A stretch of DNA of 53,860 nt, counting the filler, from Squatina squatina (taxonomy: Eukaryota): assembly GCA_031763465.1 (NCBI GenBank). It is 3 parts of 3 records of this genome, joined end to end, with 100 filler letters (N's around TTAATTAATTAA, not from the genome) between each part and the next. Parts side by side here need not be neighbours in the genome. Positions count along the whole stretch, not along the records: positions 1 to 16,104 come from JARFOE010000203.1; positions 16,205 to 34,587 come from JARFOE010000162.1; 1 more part is not named here. One strand, given 5' to 3'. This document shows, piece by piece, positions 11,608 to 24,777 of the stretch. Every line of letters begins with the position of its first letter. Within the stretch, counting starts at the first letter, position 1. Under the pieces are notes generated by a model. That model was given only the letters and a program-made list of their open reading frames with translations, did no database searches and was not told where the DNA came from. The position numbers and the translations under genes were made by a program.

Positions 11608-13967
11608 GTAAGCAATGTGGATGACAGAAGAACTGCTGTATTGCTGTCAGTCTTGTTGCTGTTAAAGATGCACTAGTTTTGTTTCCCCTTCAGAAATCTA
11701 GTGTATTAATGTTGTAATTAACCATTGGTATGAAATGTGAATCACTGGAGTAATTGTCACAGTCGTACTTACTTCAGAATCTCCGCTTCCAGCTTTTTGG
11801 CTGTCCTAATTCCCAATGCATTTTATAATCTTGCTGTAAAAATATTGACATGTTAGTGACTCATTCCATTATTCATTTGTAAATTGTCCAGCAGGTTCTA
11901 TCGATTGAGATGCGCTGTGAGTTGCGACTCAGGAACTTGTGGTTGACATATGACGCTCCGCCATTTACTTTGCATAAACGGCATCTCACCCTAAGCTTCC
12001 CCCGAGCACTTTTCTGGTTTTGCACATTAATTGCCCATTAAACTTGCCCCAGAAAGTCTGGTAGTTAAGAATGCAAGTATGCCAATCAACTTCTCTGGCC
12101 CAGAAATTGTGGAGTGTCTCTCCTTCAGGTGGTAAATTGTTCTTCGAGATTTAAAAATTGGCAAATTTAAAGTTTTACATTTTTTTTCTTATTGCTCTCT
12201 CAATCCAATATTTCTCTTCCTCTTTCTGTACTTGATTTGACTAATTCACCCTTTCTGTTGTTCCTTTCTTTCTCAATCCTTAAATCTAATTGGTTTAAGA
12301 GATACTATTGGCTCCTCATTCACTGAGGTCCCAGATGCCCTGTTGCCCTCACCATGCTGTTAGCACCCCTCACTTCCAGCAAGTTACAGCACAATAACAA
12401 TTGAACTGAAGGGATCAGCAAAAGGTCGGATGCTGACTGACCTGATTTTGTATTTCCAGCATTTCCAATTTTTGTTGTCCGATTCTCAGCATTAGCAATT
12501 TTTTGCTTCTTATTTGACACCTTGGTGTGAGTTATTGCTCAAGTCTAGAATAATAAGTTTTTATTTGCAATTCATCCTGTTTCATAGTGGTTCTTCTTTA
12601 TTTTGTTTAAGAGCTTCAATCAAACATTAAACTTTGTACACCTTGTTTAGACAAGTATAGTTTTTCCCCTGATTGCAGCTCAGACCTTTGAGTGGATTTT
12701 TTTTGCACTCCACATTTGCAACGTTTTATGCAGCTGGCACATCCAGGGATAGGCCCAGCCCTCCAGAGCAACTAGTTCTAATCATTTTCAGCTTGTGACG
12801 ATTAAGCAAATGCTAATTGTACTTTAATACAGCTACTAAAATATTCAGCTTGACATAATAGCCCTGAACTACAAAAATAAACATTATACAATTTTAATTT
12901 AGCTTTAAACACTTGATCTTACAGCGCTCTCATCCTTTTCTTCCTATTTCCTATCCTGTTTTTGTATAAAGCTTTAGTTAATTTTTTTGTCGAATCTCTC
13001 TATACGTCTGCGAGAGAGAGAAGAGACTATGCTAAGTGGGTACAATTGGCAGCTCTTGAGGATCAATAATGCCTTAACCAGTAAACTTATTTGTGGCAGT
13101 GTAATGTGGCATTATAAGGACAGTTATTTTCAGTCTTTCCCTGCGTAAAATGATTGGAGATCTGCTCCTTGACATTTACCATTAATACAAGAGAATATGT
13201 CTCGGGTGACTGGCGTTCCTTATTCTCTTAGAGCTCCCCTGTTGGAAAGTACATGTTTTCTCAGTGTCTCTCCACGGCTGCATGACTTGAGATCAGTAAC
13301 TCATCATGTGAGGAGTTCTGGGTCGAAACCCACTAACCATGACCTTCAATGCACTGCACCCACAGCACATTCGCTTTTAGATTACAGCCTTGCAGTGCAT
13401 TCATATCCCTAACCATTAGTTGCAGAAACTCCACTTTCTGATTTAGAATTGCAAAGCTTCTTGAGAGGCCTGTTAAAAAGGATTGGGTTCTTTTTTCTGA
13501 ATAGGCTAGCTACTGCTAACAACAACAATTGGTGAAACAATTTCCTGGGCAGACACGTGTGTATACCTTAATCCACCTTTCTAACCACAAAAAAAAAAAG
13601 AGTGTATGGTCAGGTACTGGTGGGAATAGCACAAGTGATGATCCTGCCATGATCTGTTTGCACGAAAATCTAGTCCAGGTTGTTTGATTATTGTGGCTCT
13701 GGAGGGATTTGATCACGTGCAGGCCACCAAGAGCTTAATCATGTAACAGTCATGCTGTCTCAGTTTCTAGAATTCCACTGTCAAATATGTAGCTGTAGTA
13801 GAATATTAGCTAAAGAATGTTGGGTTAAAACCTTAGCTGAACTTGCATAAAATATTGTAAGTTTCTTCAGGTTGTATTTTGTTGGTGTGCTTCTGGGTAG
13901 GTTGAATAGTTTTTGACTTGGCAGAATTGTTCAGTGTTACTGATTACATTGCCTTTCCTTTTATCAG

Positions 13968-14082
13968 CTTTTACTTAACCAGCATCTATGATCATTCAAT
14001 ATTTGAAGCATTTAGTAAAGTAGTACAGAAGCTTATCCCACAGCTGCCAACACTGGAAAATCTACTTAACATCTTTATATCG
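13968..14082 (+). CDS. RRAGC: RRAGC internal exon (115 nt)
   Basis: atcag|(S)[38 protein letters not shown]|gtgagt; phase matches the previous exon. Confidence 0.95.
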
Positions 14083-15387
14083 GTGAGTACCTAGGTTTAA
14101 ACTATTTCAATACAGAATGGAGGATAAAGGATAATTACTTTTTTTGATACTAAAAAAATTCTGTCTGGACATTTCAAGCCCCAAATATATGTAGCTTATA
14201 ACTTATCTGATAGTTATAGCATACATTTTGTGTTGAAGTGCCAAACCTGCTTCACAGCAATGTAAAATGTGCAGTACAACTCTGGAGTAAAGTCACAAAA
14301 GAACATATTGTAATCTGCTGCAGTTCATTCAGATTCTGGACGACTGTTCGTTCAGGAACGTCGGCAAGAGGACTTGAAATTTATACTCCTGGAACTTGAC
14401 CCCTCCCTCCTATTGAGCTGGAAATCAAAAATGGCGGTCGAGTAGATAATTGATTTGAGTTTTTCCAATTGTTTAGATTTTTTAAAATTAACTAGCTCAT
14501 TTCCTGTTAAATTGTTTGTGGGATTGTGGCCTTTTAAGATGGGACCTGACCGAGTGATTGACGTGGGTTGTTTAGGTCGTAAAGCCTGGGCGTCACATCT
14601 GGATTGTGTCAGCAGCTTACCTGGGAAACCAGTGAAGCCTTTCATTAATTCTTCAAAGGTGATTGAAAAATGGAAAGCCCCGTTGACTGCCGTAAATTTT
14701 TGTGAATACCATTGATCACTTAACAGTTTTTAAATTCATCTTTCTCCACTTTTCTCTCTCCTTGCCCCTCCCCTACCACAATAAATTACATTAAATTTTT
14801 AATAGAACATCTGTTAGACTATGTTGTTAACTGCCTTAGGAAAAGAGCATCATCAGTTGGCCTATGTCATGTATAGAACTGGTTCTTGTATGCAGAGTAC
14901 CCATTAGTTATTTGAAGCATCTGTGACAAGGTAGTGCAAAGATACCCAAATAATTTGGACATTTGANNNNNNNNNNNNNNNNNNNNNNNNNNNNNNNNNN
15001 NNNNNNNNNNNNNNNNNNNNNNNNNNNNNNNNNNNNNNNNNNNNNNNNNNNNNNNNNNNNNNNNNNNNNNNNNNNNNNNNNNNNNNNNNNNNNNNNNNNN
15101 NNNNNNNNNNNNNNNNNNNNNNNNNNNNNNNNNNNNNNNNNNNNNNNNNNNNNNNNNNNNNNNNNNNNNNNNNNNNNNNNNNNNNNNNNNNNNNNNNNNN
15201 NNNNNNNNNNNNNNNNNNNNNNNNNNNNNNNNNNNNNNNNNNNNNNNNNNNNNNNNNNNNNNNNNNNNNNNNNNNNNNNNNNNNNNTTTGTGCAGGTGAA
15301 AATAGCTCTTACACGAGTAGCAGATTTTAAAAATTAAAATGTGATTAAACCAGATGTTTAAACAGTTGAATGTTTCTTTTTCTGCAG

Positions 15388-15530
15388 AATTCTGGGATTG
15401 AAAAAGCTTTTCTTTTTGATGTAGTCAGTAAAATCTATATTGCCACAGACAGTTCGCCTGTAGACATGCAGTCATATGAGCTGTGCTGCGATATGATAGA
15501 TGTGGTAATTGATGTTTCCTGCATTTATGG
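15388..15530 (+). CDS. RRAGC: RRAGC internal exon (143 nt)
   Basis: tgcag|[48 protein letters not shown]|gtaagt. DMQSY and synteny favour RRAGC over RRAGD. Confidence 0.95.
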
Positions 15531-15774
15531 GTAAGTAACCATAAGTGTTAATGAGCATTTACAGTTTTTAATACATTTCTGTAGCCTGTACCTTGGAACC
15601 AGACAAACTAATCACAGCCAGTGTTGCAGAAAATTCTGGTGAATTGGGGGAAAAAAGGATGGAATCTTGCAGTTTTTTTCATTTTGCTAGCATTTTCACC
15701 CACTCCACATGTGCATAAGTAAATTGGTCCTCCTAGTAATGTTGTGAAGAAGTGTTTTCCTGTGATCACAATAA

Positions 15775-16104
15775 TAGAATGATACTGCACAGAAGGAGGC
15801 CATTCAGCCATGCTTGTACTGACTCTGACAGAGCTATCCAGTTAGTCCCATTTCCTTGTCCTTTCCCCACAGCCCTGCACATTTTTCCCCTTCAAGTATT
15901 TATCCAATTCCCTTTTGAAAGTTATTATTGAATCTGTTTCCACCACCCTTTCAGGCAGTGCATTCCAGATCATAACTACTTGCTGTGTAATTTAAAAAAA
16001 AAAATTCTGCTCATCACTCCTTTCTTTTGCCAATTACCTTAAATCTGTGCCTCTGGTTACCTACCCTTCTGCCACTGCAAACAATTTCTCCTTATTTATT
16101 GTAT
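15775..16104 (-). mobile_element. CR1/HER1-related LINE 3' end (second subfamily)
   Basis: cacagaaggaggccattcagcc...ccaattcccttttgaaag; related copies at 34385-34587 (-), 41512-41670 (-) and 42550-42740 (+). Confidence 0.8.
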
Positions 16105-16204
16105 NNNNNNNNNNNNNNNNNNNNNNNNNNNNNNNNNNNNNNNNNNNNTTAATTAATTAANNNNNNNNNNNNNNNNNNNNNNNNNNNNNNNNNNNNNNNN
16201 NNNN
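16105..16204. other. Artificial scaffold linker N44-TTAATTAATTAA-N44
   Basis: A 12-mer with stops in all six frames centred in exactly 100 positions; gene content changes abruptly across it. Confidence 0.95.
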
Positions 16205-16740
16205 CCCCTGCTCTTTCCCCACAGCCCTGCAAAATTTCTGATTTCAACTATATTTAAGGGAGACTATAGCCTACATTAACACAAACTTTTAATTTATTTT
16301 ATATATAAGTCATCTTAGATAAAATAATTTCCTGAAAAACTCATTCAATTTTTCTGTAATAGTAAATGCATTCACTTGAAGCAACTTAAACATACACAAA
16401 GAGTTCCCAAACTACTCAGCCCTCGGTTTTCCCAAGGGGACTACGCATTATCATTTCAATGACTGTAATTACATAAGATATTGAGATCTTGTATGTGAAA
16501 AATATAAACATGTAAACAACACTTGGTTCAGTGATCAGTTTAGTTAATTTTCATAAATGTTGCACACTCTAGGGCTCTTGAATGTGGACCACTGGTAAGG
16601 GAATTAGAAAAGCAACTTCTTCCCCAATAAAGAAACATTTTGAAGAGTACCAAAATGGGAAAAATAATTTAATATGGTCTAAAATTTAACAAAACTATCT
16701 GCATAATACACAATACATATTAACAAAAAAAATTGTATAC

Positions 16741-16875
16741 CTTTGCTAACTGTTCCACAGTTTAAGTGTTGTCCCCCTTTGTTGAGATGTGTGCAGGCAT
16801 TCAGCTGTTGAGATGAATTTGCTGAAGATGTAAATTTGTTCTCTGCAGACTCTATCTTCCATTTATTCTCACTAC
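16741..16875 (-). CDS. RTEL1: RTEL1 exon after harmonin-homology domain 1
   Basis: ttccag|(G)SENKWKIESAENKFTSSANSSQQLNACTHLNKGGQHLNCGTVSK(G)|gtatac, phase 1-1. Resembles human QQLDPQEHLNQGRPHL. Confidence 0.75.
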
Positions 16876-19087
16876 CTGGAATTTTCATAAATGATGGATT
16901 ATAATTATCCTGCTTTAAGGAGAAGGGCAGCACTTCGCAGCTTTAGAGTCATACGACAGTGATCCGTAGTATCATTTTTCAGTAACAATTTGTGAAATCA
17001 GAAAGACACTTTAGAATTTTGATTTAATACAGATTCACATTTATCATACATAGAATTCGGATGATGCTATAAAAGAAAACATTTTAAAAAATGTTCATGT
17101 TGTAGAAGTGCAATTTAAAGCTTTATGACCCCATAATATTTCCCCTTCCACTCCTGTCAGCAGCAACTCCTAAGAAAAGTTCCTCAAATGTCTAGCGGGT
17201 TTAGCAAGCTAGTGGACCAAGAAGTGGGCATCAAGACAAGCCTAATTGTGTTTTTATTCAAAATGCACACACACACTTTCCAGCAAGGATTGGTGGACAG
17301 TGACCAGGATTTGGAATCCTGACTGCTTCCTTCCCCTCTCCCTTCTTTCCTCTCTTTCATCACAGTGGGTCACTCACGGATTACCGTAAACCTTGATGAA
17401 ATCAGCTGGCCCATTTTTCACTGTAAGTAAAACGTGACAGGTCGTGCAACTTATTCACATCTATTTAATGGACCATGACAGACTGTGCTTATGCCTCAGC
17501 AATCATAACTGCAATAAGGGCGTGCTCTATAATTTACTGGTCTTGTTATGCATTGGTGAACACCGACCGGTGTTGTTGGAATAAAGCAACAGAAGAACCT
17601 AGGGGCAATTCACAGCCACAAGCAGCCTCACAGTGTTCTTGTGCCTGAACATCTTATCATTCTATAGTCTGGATTTTGTTCTTGCACTACAATGAAAACA
17701 TATATCCCAAAATATTTTTAGAAACCATGAGAGGAAATGGACATGCTATGGGTTTGTGTGTGAAACTTTTAAATACTATGCAAAAAAATGAATCAACTTT
17801 CATTATTGTTAACTATGATTTCCTATTTAAATAGCCACAATACATTTGAATATAATCAAAACACTACACGCCAAAATAACACAAACTCCATAGGAGCTTC
17901 AATGTTAAATAGCTGTTCTAAGAGATCTTGCATTCTCCAAGAACAATGTTGTATTAAGTATCTTTGTACAAACTATAATGTGCACGAGCAAATGTTGAAG
18001 ATTTACTAAGACTCTCTTAATATGCTGAAAAGCAGTTTTGTAGTCATGCTATTCCCATGATCTGCTTTAGTCAGATCAGCTTGAAAGGCATTACAAATGA
18101 GCATGATTTCTATCTCACCTGAATATCAAGAGTAATGTGTAAGTGTATGCTTTGCATTTGATANNNNNNNNNNNNNNNNNNNNNNNNNNNNNNNNNNNNN
18201 NNNNNNNNNNNNNNNNNNNNNNNNNNNNNNNNNNNNNNNNNNNNNNNNNNNNNNNNNNNNNNNNNNNNNNNNNNNNNNNNNNNNNNNNNNNNNNNNNNNN
18301 NNNNNNNNNNNNNNNNNNNNNNNNNNNNNNNNNNNNNNNNNNNNNNNNNNNNNNNNNNNNNNNNNNNNNNNNNNNNNNNNNNNNNNNNNNNNNNNNNNNN
18401 NNNNNNNNNNNNNNNNNNNNNNNNNNNNNNNNNNNNNNNNNNNNNNNNNNNNNNNNNNNNNNNNNNNNNNNNNNNNNNNNNNNNNNNNNNNNNNNNNNNN
18501 NNNNNNNNNNNNNNNNNNNNNNNNNNNNNNNNNNNNNNNNNNNNNNNNNNNNNNNNNNNNNNNNNNNNNNNNNNNNNNNNNNNNNNNNNNNNNNNNNNNN
18601 NNNNNNNNNNNNNNNNNNNNNNNNNNNNNNNNNNNNNNNNNNNAGGCTATGCAGTGATGACTACAATCCTGTAACAGAACTATCGACTCCCTACAGTCTA
18701 TTTGATTTGGTCGAACTTCTGTCTAATCCTCTTTGGGCGGCTCAGTGCCAGGCACTATTCACCAATCAAAGGAACTGGCAGGCGATTTATTCTTTGAACT
18801 CTGACATTGCTACTTGTTAACTGACATCCATGAGGGGCTGCTGGAATCGATCTAACCTCTTTTTTCCTCTACTCCCACTCCCTGGTAAGTATTGGAAATC
18901 AATGTGTTGATAAGTTGTTGATGCAAAATGAAACCTTCCCCAGGTACAATATCTTGGTACAGCAATGTGCTCTGCCACACAACTGCTACATTATGAATAT
19001 TTTGCTTGTGAAAGCCTTTATTAAAGAGACTGGATTTCAATTAAACATAATTCCTTAAAGTAAAAGAAATAAAACGGTCTGTTTTAT

Positions 19088-19181
19088 TCTGCCTCTTTTG
19101 TCTTGGAACTGTGTGCACATTTACATCCCCTTCACCAGTGAGATGGTGGCAGGTTTCATCAAACCTCTTTTTGTGATGAGG
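19088..19181 (-). pseudogene. Degenerate duplicate of the RTEL1 exon at 19624-19767
   Basis: Reads [31 protein letters not shown] versus [33 protein letters not shown]; preceded by an in-frame TAA. Confidence 0.85.
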
Positions 19182-19623
19182 TTATAGCATGAGAGCTAAG
19201 AGAGTAGGGGAAGAAAGTAAATGGAAATAAATTAGAGATTACAAATTTTACACCAGCTAGTGTATTTCAGAATTAACGTCTCTTCCCATTAGAACTTCTA
19301 AACTGGAGGCACAGATTTTCGGGTTCTAATATTTTAGGAAGTAGTTTCAAAGCAAAAAAAAGTGAGGGGGAAATCACCTATTAGATACTTCCTTTTTATT
19401 GCCTGCAAGTGCCTCAAGCTTCTCAGCAGCAACTAAACGAGAACAATTAATATCAGCCACATTATAATTTACTGGAAAATGAAACGAGAAGGAAGATAAA
19501 TTTATTTTTCTTTGGATGTTATGTCCACAGGGCTCAGATTGTTGCACAAAGCAACTTATTTCTATAATGGATTCTTCAAGAATATAAACTAATGCAGGAA
19601 TTCTGTGCTTCCAAACTATGTAC

Positions 19624-19767
19624 CTGCATTTTCTTCCTGCTCTACTCTTTGCCTCTCCTCTCTTGGAACTGCATGCTCAGGTTTAAATCCACATCCTTCA
19701 CCAGTCAAATTATAGCAGGCTTCATCAAACCTCTTTTTGTGATGTGGCCGAACAAACTGATAAAAAT
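19624..19767 (-). CDS. RTEL1: RTEL1 exon, end of harmonin-homology domain 1
   Basis: aaacag|(D)[47 protein letters not shown](G)|gtacat, 144 nt. Confidence 0.93.
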
Positions 19768-20072
19768 CTGTTTAAAAATAGTATTTAAAATCTATTAGAA
19801 CAAAATATATTTCAAGACAGTAAATTGTCATTACCATGTAAGATATGACAGCGTACTCAAGGCACAGCCTGACACCGTCGCACAGAATCAGATCTATGAG
19901 CCAACATCCAGAATCCTCCATCGCCATGCCCGAGTACATCTGTCCCACCTAAGAGTAGACTCACGAGAGGCTGGGTACAGTGATATACATTTTATATTCA
20001 ATGACAACCATAATTAACAGAATTTAGTTTCATATACTTTATGAACCCACACAATATCTAACCCTTAGTTAC

Positions 20073-20283
20073 CTCGCAGAAGATTGTTTTTGTTTGAATC
20101 TTCTGTAAAAAGAGCTGCCATTTCTCCAAGTATGGTATCAAAGTCATCCGTCATCTTATACTTTTGCATTGCTTCCCTAAAGCGATCATAGTTAGCCTTG
20201 CTGAGAGCCTCCTTTACAGCTACTATGAAAAATTTAGCCTTTTCTGCTTTTGTCTTCTCAGATGGTGGCAACACATCAAATCC
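20073..20283 (-). CDS. RTEL1: RTEL1 exon, harmonin-homology domain 1
   Basis: gtttag|GFDVLPPSEKTKAEKAKFFIVAVKEALSKANYDRFREAMQKYKMTDDFDTILGEMAALFTEDSNKNNLLR|gtaact, 211 nt. Confidence 0.92.
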
Positions 20284-21030
20284 CTAAACAAAAAATATAA
20301 CAAACCAACCTCACTGCCAAATAATCTAATTGTTGAAAGGGTTATGAAAAAAGTGAACAACATTTAAGTAAGGTTTCTGCCACACAACTGCTATGCTTTA
20401 AATATTTATCTTGTGCAAGCCTTTATTATACAGACTAGATTTCAATTAAACCCAATTCCTCAAAGTGAAAGATATAAAATGGGCTGGGGCATTAACAACT
20501 TTGAAAATTCAGCACTGGTGGAGAACAACAGTTTCTAGCATTGTGGGGTAGGTGGGAAGGGTTTTAATATATTTCTATTTGCAGGTTTGCAGACTTCCAA
20601 AAAAACTAGTATCGCCACCTTTTAGAATGAAGTAAACTCAAGTATTTGTATTTTAAAAATAATGCAACAGTAAAATACGCAGTTCACTGCACTCATGAGG
20701 AAGATACTTAGATTTAGATTTAGGAACTTTCTCACTAATTGAATGAAATAGGTGTCCTAGTCCTTGCCAAACACTGAATTTTTAAACTGCAGGAAAACCC
20801 AACAGCCATCAAGACTGCCAAAGCAAGCATGCAATGTTGGCTATTACTACATAGTGTACATATAAAGCAACCCATGTAAGGAATCTCAAGAGTCAAAATT
20901 AATTTCAAATAAGATTTCATGCTGGGGAAGTAAATTGAAAAGGTTTTACTACTCTTCAGAAAATTGTATCACCAGGTGAAGTGCTAAAAGGTTTGAGTAA
21001 TAATGAAGAAAAAATGAAAATAATACATAC

Positions 21031-21117
21031 ATGATTACTAACAAGCGTGATTTTTTTCCTGCCTCCTCGCTGCTCACCAGTCACATGTTTAAGAGACATT
21101 GTTGACATCCGAACTGC
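21031..21117 (-). CDS. RTEL1: RTEL1 exon with basic NLS-like motif
   Basis: ctttag|AVRMSTMSLKHVTGEQRGGRKKITLVSNH|gtatgt; matches RTEL1 RGGRKKIRLVSH. Confidence 0.88.
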
Positions 21118-22475
21118 CTAAAGAAATACAAATAAAAGGCAAACCGTCTGTCATATTTACCTACAAAGCAACAGGTGACAACACTTTAGAAGTAACTCAT
21201 ATTGACTGAAGTACTTGGAAAGTCCTGAGGATGTGAAAAGTGCTACACAAATGCAAGTTCCATACCATTATGTTGCAATTCTATTTGAAGCTGTAAGTGC
21301 TGCTATAAATGCTCCCTGGTTATTAACCTCTCTGCTGGGGGAAATGGGTCCTTCCCATTCTATCTTGGCCCAATATAATATACACCTCAATCATATATCC
21401 CCTCAGCCCCATCTGTTTTAAAGAAAACAACCCCAGCCNNNNNNNNNNNNNNNNNNNNNNNNNNNNNNNNNNNNNNNNNNNNNNNNNNNNNNNNNNNNNN
21501 NNNNNNNNNNNNNNNNNNNNNNNNNNNNNNNNNNNNNNAATCCAGTCAATGTTAAAAAACAAGAATTCTTTCCCTCTTAGGGAAAACACTTCTTCACAAT
21601 GCTTTTCCTCTTTGGGCTCTGGTGATAATAAAGGTGCTCATATATTACACCAGCTCCACTAACCTGTTCACAATTAGTGCCCTTAGTGTCCCAGCTCAGT
21701 GGTTTTAGAAGAGACGATTAAAAGTGGTTATGTCCGTGGACATTAAAGATTTTCTTGTTTCTTTTTACAGCTATTGTAAGCAGCGCAGGGATCTCCTCCT
21801 CCTNNNNNNNNNNACTTTACCGCAATACTAGTAACTTTAGCTAACAACTAATTCACACAGGTAGAGAATTACATGCACTTGTTTTCTTGGATAGAATCAT
21901 TTTAATGTGGTACATGCAATAAGGTTACATTTTGTAATTATCTTTGCTGCTGCTGACCTGTTGAAAACTGGTCTGCTCAACAGTATTATAGACTTCCAGC
22001 ATCACAATTATGGAGTTTATTTCACAAAATGCACTGGAATGTGCCAAGACTTTGGTTGGTGTGCAGCTGGGCTGTTGGATGGGGTGTCACACATTTAAAA
22101 AAAACCTTTGTAACAGAGTTTAAAACTACAACTAAAACTTATTTCATCATAAAAAAGCTACAACGACTTACAAAAACAACTAACATGCAATTAAAACCAC
22201 TCTTTAGAAGGATTGGTGCATGGAGGAAAAGCATTACGATGGTAAAAGATACAAAAGGAGAGGGAGGTGTTAAAGATCTATTCCCCTATCAATACTTCCG
22301 CACACCATTATAAACAAGGCGACAGAAAGCACTATTAACCATTCCAGGAGGATACAATATTTCAGGAGCGTCAGTCAGCCTCCAAAAGAAAACACTTACA
22401 ATTGATTGCCATCTTACTTTTCTTCCACTAACATTATACATGTGCAGCATTGTATATGTTCAATTTAACACTTAC

Positions 22476-22599
22476 AATTTTTTGAGCAACACGAAAAAAC
22501 TGAGATACGTCTCGAATTATGTGTCCAAAGTTATCATACGCTTTTACATACGGCCGCACCCACAATGGCAACTGTGACCTCACCTCAGTGCCCATAAAT
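22476..22599 (-). CDS. RTEL1: RTEL1 exon, end of helicase domain
   Basis: atttag|(R)[41 protein letters not shown]|gtaagt, 124 nt. Confidence 0.95.
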
Positions 22600-23025
22600 C
22601 TAAATAAAAAAGAGAATGGACAGAAACACAACTGAAGTAGAGCAAAAAAAAGTTGCAAATTAATTCTGGAAATTAAAATCTAGCCAACACCAGATGTGCC
22701 AGCACTTTTGAGTCAAATCTGTCTAACCTCATGTTATCTTCCAGCTTCACATTAATGACAGAAACAAAAATTCCAACAGTTGGAAAATGTGTGCATAATG
22801 AATCAGTCCTCCTCCAACAAACCCCTACATTTTAGTAGTATCAGCCCAAGCAGTTTCACTGGTCCAGCTTATTCAATCTTGGTTAGTTAGAATCATTTTT
22901 TGTCACAAAGGNNNNNNNNNNNNNNNNNNNNNNNNNNNNNNNNNNNNNNNNNNNNNNNNNNNNNNNNNNNNNNNNNNNNNNNNNNNNNNNNNNNNNNNNN
23001 NNNNNNNNNNNATGAACATACTCAC

Positions 23026-23158
23026 ATTTGCATTTCTGAAGTGAAAGAGGACAGCGGGGCAAGGGTACCACTTGTGAGGATGATGGACCGAACCCCTTGG
23101 CGTACCAGCTCAGCCATACTGTAGCCAGGGCAGAAGCACCAGTAACTTAAAATTTTTC
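23026..23158 (-). CDS. RTEL1: RTEL1 exon with helicase motif III (ILTSGTL)
   Basis: tgacag|(G)[43 protein letters not shown](I)|gtgagt, 133 nt. Confidence 0.96.
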
Positions 23159-23734
23159 CTGTCAACATAATTTTTTTTCACAGGGGATAACAACAAAGGA
23201 ATGGATATTTAAACATATCTAGAAAAGATGCTTACTACCAGATATCTTAACAGCCAATAGATTATTTTAAGTTGTGTCGAGGACAGAACTGAGTGTTGTA
23301 CTTTTCAAAAAATAAATGGGATGATTTGATGATTCATGAGCAAAGCAGTGAGTGAGTTATGGTCAGCATAATGAGCTGGATATAGAATTAATGTTTCAAC
23401 GTGTATTCTGTTCATGCTGCAAACAAGGCAACCACATTTATACATGAATATTGGATCTAAATATTCATTTTTAAACATAAACCATATTAATGCATAGATT
23501 ATGAAAACTGTTTTTCACAATTCTGATGATATTACCATGAAATGTGACCGGGTCTTCCTTTGGTCTGTGAGCTACGCTTCTGCCAGTACTTCTTTTAAAA
23601 AGCAAAATTCTAAACTGAGTTTTAAGTACTTGTGCCAGCCTGAAGGGTCCTGCAGTAATTTACTATGATGTACATTTTTAAAGTAACAAAATATATATAA
23701 AATAAGTTATTCTGAAACAGTACATCTGCACATA

Positions 23735-23877
23735 CACAAGGGAACCGGTATAACACGGTCCGTGGGATCCAGATCATGGGATCGCGTTATAGCGGGTCAT
23801 TTCAAAATGCTGCTTTAATGCAGGTCCAAGGTGGACCCATGTTAAACCGAGTTCCACGCTATAGCGGGGTCCCAGTG
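23735..23877. mobile_element. Tc1/mariner-pogo (Tigger-like) MITE
   Basis: TA-flanked imperfect TIRs: TA|cacaagggaaccggtataacacgg ... ccacgctatagcggggtcccagtg|TA. Confidence 0.6.
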
Positions 23878-24679
23878 TATTTCCTGTCAGACTAGAGTTC
23901 TGCCACACTTAATCACAAGTAAAATATACCCAATACTAGGAAAATTTCTTTTACACTTATACCCTACTGATTCATTTTCTCACCCCAGTGGTTCATCTGT
24001 AAATTTTATTTCTGAATTTTCAGATACAAAGAGCTGTAAACTGCATCAGAATGTTTGCAAGTTTTTAAACAACTACAATTATCAAAGCAGTAAAATGAAA
24101 CCTGCAAGCCCCTTTCGCCACTCACTGAATNNNNNNNNNNNNNNNNNNNNNNNNNNNNNNNNNNNNNNNNNNNNNNNNNNNNNNNNNNNNNNNNNNNNNN
24201 NNNNNNNNNNNNNNNNNNNNNNNNNNNNNNTGGCACAATATATAGATGTATACAGATGTTGATACATACTCAAAATGCCTGAAGCATTCAAGATTATAAC
24301 TAGATTAGATATTTACACAGGAACATCCTGTATGAATTCATTTGAACCATTAATAGTCATTTCTCATGGTGCCACTAGTAGCAACAGACATTTGACTGCC
24401 CACCTCTTTCCCCTATGATTCTCGTGTGGAAAGGATCAATGGATTTCATCGATCATTCACCAGTACAATCTCCTGAACCGAATCAGCAGTTTCAATGTAC
24501 ACCACATAGCAAAAATATTCAAGTAAATTTAAATATACTTCAAAGATTTATTTATATTATCCAATATAAATGATAGATACTTCACTAAGAAAGCCATAAG
24601 AAAAATACCTATCCAAAATTCTGTATGCCTGCAAAAGGTGCAAGTAAATTGAAAAAGACAGACTATATCAAATACTTAC

Positions 24680-24777
24680 GCTCTGAGAGAGCACTCATGA
24701 TCTGTCCCAGTGCTTCTAAAATTGTAGACTGGTTTTGGAAAGTAATTTGAGCTTGTGCAAACAATTCAAAGATGAAA
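24680..24777 (-). CDS. RTEL1: RTEL1 internal exon (98 nt)
   Basis: tttcag|(S)FIFELFAQAQITFQNQSTILEALGQIMSALSE(R)|gtaagt. Confidence 0.92.

Noticed and set aside
19088-19181. The duplicate as the real second harmonin-domain exon
   Set aside because: It lies before the linker exon at 16741-16875, is preceded by an in-frame stop, and has nucleotide-level similarity indicating a more recent copy.
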